Origin: Prasinococcaceae sp. CCMP 1430
Lineage: Eukaryota > Plantae > Prasinodermophyta
NCBI GenBank assembly: GCA_013416795.1
Contig: RQSC01000523.1
Span: 105,712 to 134,829, forward strand
DNA length: 29,118 bases
Direction of reading: 5' to 3'
Shown here piece by piece: positions 18,994-27,007 of this stretch. Within the stretch, counting starts at the first letter, position 1; each line of letters starts with the position of its first letter. The notes under the pieces were generated by a model. The model had not been told where the DNA came from. It worked only from the letters and a program-made list of their open reading frames with translations, and made no database searches. The position numbers and the translations under genes are program-made.

Positions 18994-21765
18994 CTATCGC
19001 TCACCGAGGTCGCCGGTGGCCACGACGGTCGCCGCGTCAGAGAGATGTTTGACGAAGCCACCTTGCTCCTTCACGGCCTTGAGCTGATCACCGACCAGTG
19101 GCTCGCGCTCAAGCTTCAAGCAGACGACGCTTATGTCATCGGGCTTGTGCTGCTCTCGGCGACGCAACGTTGCAACGTAGCTCAGCCGCCGGGCGGCGCG
19201 CGAGCACGACTTGGCTCTGCGCTGTCTCGCCATGACTTCGTGGTCTTCCAGCATATCCCAGAGCCCGTCAGACGCGACAGTCACCAACATGCGAGTCGTT
19301 GCGGGGGCGAGCGTGTTCAGGTCGAAGCGGGATATGTATGGCTTTGCGTTCACCGCGGGGTGTGCCTTCCCGTCGCCCAGCGAGCGGCTAACCGCCAGTC
19401 CCCCAGGCCATGCTCGCAGAGGCCCGACTTCCACACCCGACGAGCGCTCGCGCAGGCGTGACACCTTGGCGCCTCCCAACCGCAACCGCCTCACCTCTGA
19501 GGGACTGTCGTCAAGGCGGTGGTCCACAGTCAGCCTGAACGTGTGCTCGCGCCTTTGAAACAAATTGATGCCCAGCACCCCGCACGACATCGGCATCTCA
19601 ACTCCCCCTTCGGGCAACCCGATGACGCCGCGCGAGTCACCCACGTTGGCAGTGGTGATAATGCCATCGCGGATGACCATAGCAGTGGCAGTGCAGCCCG
19701 CGCGCGTCTGACTCTCCTTGGTCAGCGCATCTATCTCCGCCATTGCCTTCGACAGGGCCTTGGGGAGCGCCTCGCTCATTCCGCGGCGCTTGCGCAGCCG
19801 CGTCGACAGCGCCGACAGCAGTGCCCAGGGAAACCGCTCGCGTGCAAGCTCGGCCGCCTCGAACCCAGCATGGCCGTCGAACACGCATACCAGCGTGGCA
19901 TTGCCCAGTTCACCCGCGCGCCACTGCGAATCGGACATAGCGCCCTCGCCATTCCCCCCTCCGTCGGGTGACGGCAGCACAAGGACGCGGTCTTCTCCCT
20001 TCGCAGTGACCGTGGCCGCCTTCACCTCAACGTTCCAGTCCTTGCGCTCGTCCAGGAAGCGCACCCTCGTCCTGGAGGCACTAGTGCGCCGCTTGCCTTC
20101 GGGGACCACGCCGCACAGGCAGTGTTTCAGCCACTTCCACTGCGCGCGCATGACGACGTAGGCGTGCTCCAACTGGTGGGAGAGCTCATCGGCCATCGTC
20201 AGCGGGGCGCTCAGGAAGTCGTACAGCGGCTCGATCCCATTGAGGAGGTCCATGTCCACATTGGTGTACGACAGTGCTGCATCACCCGGCGTCCTGTCGC
20301 TCGCATCAGAACTTGCGCGGGCGACAGAGCCGTCGGGCACAGACGCATCGGGGCTCTCGCGCTCGGCCGAGGCCCTCGCGCGCTCGCCCTCCTTCGCCTT
20401 GCGCCGCTGCACGACACTTATCGACCGCAGGTTTTGGACGAACTTGAGCAACTCACCGCGATCAAACGGTCCTGAGTTCAGCACCGACTGGTCGACCCCA
20501 GGCAGGAACTCAAACTTGTTGTTGCTATCGGACCTCTCCGAGCTTCCGGAGGAAAATCCGGAGGAAAAGGACCCGCAGATCGAGTTCGAGGGAGAGTCCA
20601 CCATGGTTCGTAATCTTCGCCTCCTCAGAGACGCCTTGAGGGACGGCCACGCGAACAGGCTCGAGGTGCCGAGGAAGCTCATCGCACAGACGGTGACCAC
20701 CACTGCCAGTGCGTGCAAGAGCCGCATGCCCGCACCGCCCATCGCGTCGGCGGCCTCCTGCCCGTAGGTCAGCGAGACGAGGTGAGGCTGCGCGAACACC
20801 CCGCCCAGCAGCATGCCAACGAGGCCGCCAACAAGGTGTGAGGCAATGATGTCGAGTGCGTCGTCGATGCGCAGGTACGCGAGCCCGTACACCGAGGCCA
20901 CAAAACCGAGGCCGGCGACCGCCCCCACCGCCACAGACCCTCCCGAGGAAAGCACGGGGGCGCCGCACGCCACCGCCGCCGTGCCCGCGATGGCACCACG
21001 CACGCACGTCGATGCTGGCAACGCACCGCCATACCCTTTCAGCTTGCTCACGAGCACCGATCCCGCCGCTGCGGCCGCAGACCCGGCCGCCGCCGCAAGC
21101 ACCGTGCACAACAGTGTGCGCCCCAAGAAGTCGGGCATCGCTGCTGCCCACGGCGCCGCGCCGCACGCTGAGAGCGACAGTCCCCACATCGCCATCAAGC
21201 CGCCAATGCCGGAGAGCGCCTCGTCGTGTCCCTCGAAGGCACCGCTGAAGGGCTTGCCCGCCGCGTCACGCGTGCCACCGGTGATGGCGCTGGCCTTGAG
21301 GAGGCTCGCCGCGCCCGCGTTTGCCTTCTCGTCGAAACGTCTGCGTCCCTGCGAGTCCTTGCGCGGCCCGACGAAGACCGCGCACGCCAGCGCCGCGGCG
21401 CCGCTCACGATGTGCAGCGGGCCGCAGCCGGCGATGTCGAGCGCCGCCGAGCGCGCGCCGCTCTCCGGAGCGAAGAGCGCGCCCGGCGCCCACTCGAGCC
21501 GCATCGCGAGCGGGCTGAGCACCCCACCGACGAGCGTGCCGACCATCAGGACGTTCAAGGCCGAGAAGGCGCGCTCGGCCATGCCGGCCACCGCGAAGGT
21601 CGCCGCGAGGCCCGCGAGCGCCGCCACGTGCAGCCGCGCGACGCCGGCCTCGACGCCCATGTTTGCGCCGACGCCCGTCGCGGCCCCGGCGGCTGGATAC
21701 GTTTCGTGGCCGGCCACTCGCCACCCGAAGAGGCCGAACGCCGCGAGCGCCGCGGTCGTCGCCAT
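18994..21765 (-). CDS. Ammonium transporter (Amt/Mep/Rh)-like domain fused to a PP2C/PPM Ser/Thr phosphatase; single ORF, 923 aa from ATG 21765 (997 aa from the alternative ATG 21987)
   Basis: Amt motifs: AGMAER, LDIAGCGPLHIVSGAAAL, GPR, GAIAGTAAV, IDDALDIIASHLVGGLVGMLLGGVFA (about 21765-20640). PP2C motifs: KGEDR, VFDGHAG, GCTA, ANVGDSR, LTVDH, GGLAVSRSLGD, VASDGLWD, DDISVV (about 20030-19090). No stop codon between the two domains. Confidence 0.9.
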   Translation of the reverse strand: MATTAALAAFGLFGWRVAGHETYPAAGAATGVGANMGVEAGVARLHVAALAGLAATFAVAGMAERAFSALNVLMVGTLVGGVLSPLAMRLEWAPGALFAPESGARSAALDIAGCGPLHIVSGAAALACAVFVGPRKDSQGRRRFDEKANAGAASLLKASAITGGTRDAAGKPFSGAFEGHDEALSGIGGLMAMWGLSLSACGAAPWAAAMPDFLGRTLLCTVLAAAAGSAAAAAGSVLVSKLKGYGGALPASTCVRGAIAGTAAVACGAPVLSSGGSVAVGAVAGLGFVASVYGLAYLRIDDALDIIASHLVGGLVGMLLGGVFAQPHLVSLTYGQEAADAMGGAGMRLLHALAVVVTVCAMSFLGTSSLFAWPSLKASLRRRRLRTMVDSPSNSICGSFSSGFSSGSSERSDSNNKFEFLPGVDQSVLNSGPFDRGELLKFVQNLRSISVVQRRKAKEGERARASAERESPDASVPDGSVARASSDASDRTPGDAALSYTNVDMDLLNGIEPLYDFLSAPLTMADELSHQLEHAYVVMRAQWKWLKHCLCGVVPEGKRRTSASRTRVRFLDERKDWNVEVKAATVTAKGEDRVLVLPSPDGGGNGEGAMSDSQWRAGELGNATLVCVFDGHAGFEAAELARERFPWALLSALSTRLRKRRGMSEALPKALSKAMAEIDALTKESQTRAGCTATAMVIRDGIITTANVGDSRGVIGLPEGGVEMPMSCGVLGINLFQRREHTFRLTVDHRLDDSPSEVRRLRLGGAKVSRLRERSSGVEVGPLRAWPGGLAVSRSLGDGKAHPAVNAKPYISRFDLNTLAPATTRMLVTVASDGLWDMLEDHEVMARQRRAKSCSRAARRLSYVATLRRREQHKPDDISVVCLKLEREPLVGDQLKAVKEQGGFVKHLSDAATVVATGDLGER

Positions 21766-21987
21766 GATGAGGCGCACCGCCGCGGCGGCCGCGCCGCCGC
21801 GCTGGTTGGACGCCGCGCCTCCCGCGGCGGCCGACCTCGCGCGGCGGCGGCGGCGGCGGCGGCGAGGAGGAGGAGGAGGAGGCGCGCGCGAGCGGGGGCC
21901 CCGGCCGCGTTCCCCGATCTTTTCCGCCGCGCCCGCGGCGCTCGCCCCCTCGCGCGCCCTCCTTCGCCGCACCACGCACCGCGCCAT

Positions 21988-22692
21988 GCAAATACCCACG
22001 GGAGACCATATTTGACCTAAAAATGCATTGGGGCGCGGGGCGCCGCGCGGGGCGCCATCGCCGGCCGGGAGGGTGCTGCGTTCCTCCCGGCCGGCCCCCG
22101 GCCGGAGCCCTGCGAGGACATTCGGATTCGGATTCGCATGCATTCATTTGGGAGGAACAAAAAAGAGGTGCGCGGGCGCGGGCGGGGTGCGTTTTGCCCT
22201 CGCCGCGTTCCCCGAGCGCGCGCGTTCCCCGAGCGCGCGGATTTTTTTTGGGTTTGGGGGCGGGGCGGCCGCGGCGGCGGCCCACAACTTCAGNNNNNNN
22301 NNNNNNNNNNNNNNNNNNNNNNNNNNNNNNNNNNNNNNNNNNNNNNNNNNNNNNNNNNNNNNNNNNNNNNNNNNNNNNNNNNNNNNNNNNNNNNNNNNNN
22401 NNNNNNNNNNNNNNNNNNNNNNNNNNNNNNNNNNNNNNNNNNNNNNNNNNNNCGGCGCGCGCGCTCGGGGCGCGCTCGCGGCGTTCGGGCGCGGCGACGC
22501 GAGGGCGCGCATCGGCAGCCCCCCCCCCCCCATCCCCCCCCCTCCCTCTTGCAGCCACCGACCTCACCGTCTCGCTCGCGCCGAGCTGCACTCGCGGCCG
22601 CGGCAGCAGGGGGCGGGACGGGCTGGGGCGGAGAGGCGGGAGCAGACGGAGAGGCGCAGCTCGCGCGCGCGGGGCCTGCCATCGCCGTCGCG
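21988..22692. promoter_or_regulatory. Putative bidirectional promoter shared by the Amt-PP2C fusion and AMT1
   Basis: Divergent starts. Contains (ATTCGG)n at 22120-22136, a 17-bp tandem duplication at 22204-22237 and an N-gap. Confidence 0.5.
22294..22452. other. Assembly gap (159 N)
   Basis: Run of N. Confidence 1.
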
Positions 22693-24660
22693 ATGGTCGA
22701 GGGCGACACCGCCGCGCCCACCCTGGAGGAGATGCTGTTGCGGGTCGGCACGGCCGAGCGCGCGGTGGACGCGCTGTGGGTGACCTTTGCGACGGCCATG
22801 GTGCTCTTCATGCAGATGGGCTTCGCCGCGCTCGAAGTTGGCGCGGTGCGCACGAAGAACACGCGCACGATCTTGCTGAAGAACATCCTGGACTTTTCGG
22901 TGGGCACGCTGACGTTCTGGGCCCTCGGGTACGGCGTCGCGTACGGCGGCGGCAACAACCAGGCGGGCGGGAGGTCGGGCTATTTCCTTTCGGACACGCT
23001 CGTGCCCCAGGTCAGCGACGGCGAACCAATCACCGCCGACGACCTCCCCGCGGCGGCAGCCGAGGGCACCTTCGCGCACTTCACGCTGCTGCTGGCGTAC
23101 GCGTGCACGTCCACCACCATCGTGTCGGGCGCGCTCGCCGAGCGCGTGCGCCTGCGCGCCTTCCTCATCTTCACCGGGCTCAGCTGCTGGATCCTGTCGC
23201 CGCTGCCCATGCGCTGGACGTGGTACACGGGCGGCTGGCTCAACGCCAGCGCGTTGAGCACGACGTACACCGAGGGGCGCGCGCTCTTGGACGTGGGCGT
23301 GGTGGACTTCGCCGGCGCGGGCGTGGTCCACGCCGTGGGCGGCTTCTGCGCGCTGGTGGCCGCCAAGATGGCCGGCCCCAGGCTCGACGAGCGCGGCGTG
23401 AAGCGCTTCGAGAAGGGCGTGCGCGAGCACGACTTCGCGCCTCACGGCCCTGCGCTGTCCATCATCGGCGCGCTGTGCCTCCTCTTCTCGTGGTACGGAT
23501 TCAACGCGGGCTCCACCCTGGCCATCGTCGGCCAGGAGGACGTCGTCGCGTCGGTGCTCGTCACCACGACGCTCTCCGGCGCGAGCGCGATGATCGCCGG
23601 CAGCGCGATGCTGCTCGCCTCTTCGGGCTCCGCCAACGCGCTCGACCTGACCAACTGCCTGCTGGCGGGGCTCGTGGGCGTCACCGCCGGCTGCGCGGTG
23701 TTCGAGGCGTGGGCGAGCGTGGTGACGGGAATCCTGAGCAGCGCCGTGTACATCGGCGCCTCCAAGCTGCTCAAGCGCTTCAAAGTCGACGACCCGCTGG
23801 ACGCGAGCGCGCTGCATGGCGCATGCGGCAGCTTCGGCGTGGTCGCCGTGGGGCTCTTCGCCTCTTCGGACCTGATCGAGCAGGTGTACGGCCCGGGCAC
23901 CGGCGAGCACTACGGTCTGCTGCTGGGCGGCGGCTGGCGGCGCTTCGGCGCGCAGACTGTCGGCGTGGTGGTGTACGCCGCGTGGAGCCTCGCCTTCTCG
24001 GTGCTGCTCTTCTACGCCCTGAAGTACTCGGACCGCGCCTTCGAGTTGGGCAAGCGGATGGTCACCGGGAAGCCCTGCGAGGAGTCCGTGCCCAACGAGA
24101 GCGCCGAGGACCGCGAGCGCCGCGTGGGCAACGGCCTGCGCGTGAGCAGGGAGGTCGAGATGAGCGGCATCGACGTGTCGCACCACGCGGGGCTGCCCTA
24201 CCCGCCCTACCTGGCGCCCTTCATCGACAGCGTTAATATCGTGCGCGAGCTGCAGCTGGCGTCGCTCGAGCAGTCGGACCCGGTGCCCGCACCCGCGCAC
24301 GACGGCCCAGGGGGCGCCACCAGCAGCCCGGCCTCGTCCCCGGGCGCGCCCCGTGCGGACGACGGCAGCTTCCACGAGTTCAACCTGCTGCTGCGTCCGC
24401 GCGTCAACGACCTCAAGGACGACACCGTGCACGGGGCCAGCTCCGTCGACGAGATGCTGGGCGATGCGATCGACCCCGCCGAGGTCGCGGGCGGGACGCC
24501 GCACGCGGTCGACGAGGACGGCGTGCGCTTGCAGGGCGTCGCGGGCGGCGGGGACGGGGACGGGGGCGAGGCGGCCGAGGGGGGCGATGAGACGGGCGAG
24601 GACGGGGACGGGACGGGCGAGACTGGGAGGAAGCCCGAGGAAGCCGCAGCAGCATCCTAG
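22693..24660 (+). CDS. AMT1: AMT1-type ammonium transporter, 655 aa, apparently intronless
   Basis: FMQMGFAALEVGAVRTKN...LKNILD; IVSGALAER; VDFAGAGVVH; WYGFNAGST; LLAGLVGVTAGC; VDDPLDASALHGACG; C-terminal LRVSREVEMSGIDVSHHAG; long acidic tail. Confidence 0.95.
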   Translation: MVEGDTAAPTLEEMLLRVGTAERAVDALWVTFATAMVLFMQMGFAALEVGAVRTKNTRTILLKNILDFSVGTLTFWALGYGVAYGGGNNQAGGRSGYFLSDTLVPQVSDGEPITADDLPAAAAEGTFAHFTLLLAYACTSTTIVSGALAERVRLRAFLIFTGLSCWILSPLPMRWTWYTGGWLNASALSTTYTEGRALLDVGVVDFAGAGVVHAVGGFCALVAAKMAGPRLDERGVKRFEKGVREHDFAPHGPALSIIGALCLLFSWYGFNAGSTLAIVGQEDVVASVLVTTTLSGASAMIAGSAMLLASSGSANALDLTNCLLAGLVGVTAGCAVFEAWASVVTGILSSAVYIGASKLLKRFKVDDPLDASALHGACGSFGVVAVGLFASSDLIEQVYGPGTGEHYGLLLGGGWRRFGAQTVGVVVYAAWSLAFSVLLFYALKYSDRAFELGKRMVTGKPCEESVPNESAEDRERRVGNGLRVSREVEMSGIDVSHHAGLPYPPYLAPFIDSVNIVRELQLASLEQSDPVPAPAHDGPGGATSSPASSPGAPRADDGSFHEFNLLLRPRVNDLKDDTVHGASSVDEMLGDAIDPAEVAGGTPHAVDEDGVRLQGVAGGGDGDGGEAAEGGDETGEDGDGTGETGRKPEEAAAAS

Positions 24661-26219
24661 CTGGGGAGAGCGTTCGCAGCGCGAGTAAGCGTGGTCCTTT
24701 GATTACACCCTCTGGCACGCACGCCGGGCCGCGCGGCGCCCGCAGTCGCCGCCACCCACGCGACGGCGGCGGAGGCGCCCCGCGTCACTGGCCTACATCG
24801 GCGAGGACGAGGGAGGCGAGACGGCCGACGCGTCGTTCTTCGCGGTGGTGGCAGCCGGCTGGGACGAGCGCCCCCGCGCGGCTGCCCCTCCGGCAGGTCG
24901 GCGCGCGCGACGCGCGGCACGGCCTCGCACGCGCGCAGCGCCCTGCGCGCCTCGCCGAAGCCCGGCCTCTTCCTGCCCAGCGCGTCGCTCACGTCGGGCG
25001 TGATGCCCGTGGCGTCGATGTCCACGCCCGAGGGCGTGACGTACTTGCCGACGGTGAGCACGACGCCCGACGCGTCGGCGAGCTCGTACACCGACTGGAT
25101 GAGCCCCTTGCCGTACGTGCGGCTCCCCACGAGCGCCGCGCGGCAGTTGTCGTGCAGCGCGCCGGCGACGATCTCGGACGCGCTGGCCGTGCGCCCGTTG
25201 ACGAGCACCATCAGCGGCAGGCTGGTGGCCGGCGCGTCGAACGTCACCACCTGGCGGCCGGCGGTGCCGTCCGCGCGCCCCTCCTGCTTGACGATGGTGG
25301 AGCCCTCCTCCAGGAAGAGGCGCGCCACCTCCACGCCCGCCGACACCAGGCCGCCCGGGTTGTCGCGCAGGTCGAGCACGAAGCCCTCGGCGCCCTGCTC
25401 CTCGAGCGACTGCACGGCCGCGCGCAGGTCGCGCTGCGCGCGGCTGTTGAACTCGCGCAGGCGCAGGTAGCCGACCGTCCGCACCTCGTCGTCGCCGCCG
25501 CCGCCGCCGCCGAGGCCGCCGAGCGACGCGAGCAGCCCGCCGCTGTCGCGCTCCAGCCGCGCCTCCACGGGGCTCGCCGGCCCCTCCGCGGTGCGCGTCA
25601 TGGCGTACTCGCGCTCGCGGGCCGCGCCGGCGCCCTGCGGCGCGCCCTCCTCGCCGCCCTCGGCGGCGGCCTTGCGCACCTTGAGCACGAGCGGCGCGCC
25701 CACGTTGCCCACCATGAGCGTGCTCGCGTCGAAGGGCGACATGCCGCGCACGCTCTGGCCGTCGACCTCCAGCAGCACGTCGCCCTGCTCCACGCCCGCC
25801 CGGGCGGCCTCGCCCTCGAGGATGAGGCCCAGCACGACGAGCTCGCCGGGCGCGTCGCCCTCGCCGATGTTGAGCCCCACGCCGGTGATGTCGTACTTGG
25901 TGAGCGCGGTGAACTGCGCGGGCGTGACGAAGCGCGTGAACTGGTCGTCGAGCTGCGCGAGCATCGCGCGCACGGCCGCGTACGTCTCGCGCCTCGACGT
26001 GTACGGCGCGCCGCGCATGGTCCGCTCCTTGACGCCCGCCCAGAACTCGGGCGTGTACCGCTGCCCGCGGGCGTCGAGGAAGTGCTCGTCCACCACCGAC
26101 CACGCCTCCTCGATGACCGCGTCGCCGTCGAACGGCGGCGCGTCCGCCTCGGCGGCGCCGCCGGGGCCCGCCAGCAGGTCGCCCACGGAGAACGCGACCG
26201 GCGGCAGCGCGGGCCGGCG
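24657..26219 (-). CDS. CTPA: Carboxyl-terminal-processing peptidase (S41A, CtpA/CTPA1-like, PDZ plus peptidase); 5' end lies in the gap; true stop may be 24793
   Basis: VIEEAWSVV; LDDQFTRF; KYDITGVGLNIG; GYLRLREFN; VLDLRDNPGGLV; VLVNGRTASASEIVAGALHDNCRA; RTYGKGLIQSVYEL. The catalytic Ser/Lys dyad is intact. Confidence 0.9.
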   Translation of the reverse strand, partial: RRPALPPVAFSVGDLLAGPGGAAEADAPPFDGDAVIEEAWSVVDEHFLDARGQRYTPEFWAGVKERTMRGAPYTSRRETYAAVRAMLAQLDDQFTRFVTPAQFTALTKYDITGVGLNIGEGDAPGELVVLGLILEGEAARAGVEQGDVLLEVDGQSVRGMSPFDASTLMVGNVGAPLVLKVRKAAAEGGEEGAPQGAGAAREREYAMTRTAEGPASPVEARLERDSGGLLASLGGLGGGGGGDDEVRTVGYLRLREFNSRAQRDLRAAVQSLEEQGAEGFVLDLRDNPGGLVSAGVEVARLFLEEGSTIVKQEGRADGTAGRQVVTFDAPATSLPLMVLVNGRTASASEIVAGALHDNCRAALVGSRTYGKGLIQSVYELADASGVVLTVGKYVTPSGVDIDATGITPDVSDALGRKRPGFGEARRALRACEAVPRVARADLPEGQPRGGARPSRLPPPRRTTRRPSRLPRPRRCRPVTRGASAAVAWVAATAGAARPGVRARGCNQRTTLTRAANALPS

Positions 26220-27007
26220 NNNNNNNNNNNNNNNNNNNNNNNNNNNNNNNNNNNNNNNNNNNNNNNNNNNNNNNNNNNNNNNNNNNNNNNNNNNNNNNNN
26301 NNNNNNNNNNNNNNNNNNNNNNNNNNNNNNNNNNNNNNNNNNNNNNNNNNNNNNNNNNNNNNNNNNNNNNNNNNNNNNNNNNNNNNNNNNNNNNNNNNNN
26401 NNNNNNNNNNNNNNNNNNNNNNNNNNNNNNNNNNNNNNNNNNNNNNNNNNNNNNNNNNNNNNNNNNNNNNNNNNNNNNNNNNNNNNNNNNNNNNNNNNNN
26501 NNNNNNNNNNNNNNNNNNNNNNNNNNNNNNNNNNNNNNNNNNNNNNNNNNNNNNNNNNNNNNNNNNNNNNNNNNNNNNNNNNNNNNNNNNNNNNNNNNNN
26601 NNNNNNNNNNNNNNNNNNNNNNNNNNNNNNNNNNNNNNNNNNNNNNNNNNNNNNNNNNNNNNNNNNNNNNNNNNNNNNNNNNNNNNNNNNNNNNNNNNNN
26701 NNNNNNNNNNNNNNNNNNNNNNNNNNNNNNNNNNNNNNNNNNNNNNNNNNNNNNNNNNNNNNNNNNNNNNNNNNNNNNNNNNNNNNNNNNNNNNNNNNNN
26801 NNNNNNNNNNNNNNNNNNNNNNNNNNNNNNNNNNNNNNNNNNNNNNNNNNNNNNNNNNNNNNNNNNNNNNNNNNNNNNNNNNNNNNNNNNNNNNNNNNNN
26901 NNNNNNNNNNNNNNNNNNNNNNNNNNNNNNNNNNNNNNNNNNNNNNNNNNNNNNNNNNNNNNNNNNNNNNNNNNNNNNNNNNNNNNNNNNNNNNNNNNNN
27001 NNNNNNN
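26220..27007. other. Assembly gap (788 N)
   Basis: Run of N; hides the 5' ends of CtpA and probably of the ankyrin gene. Confidence 1.

Noticed and set aside
21840-21885. (CTC)6(GCC)7 read as LLLLLLAAAAAAA, a possible missing TM1 of the Amt-PP2C fusion
   Set aside because: It is in another frame that has no ATG and an upstream stop, and no phase-compatible intron was found. More likely a trinucleotide repeat, though an assembly indel cannot be excluded.
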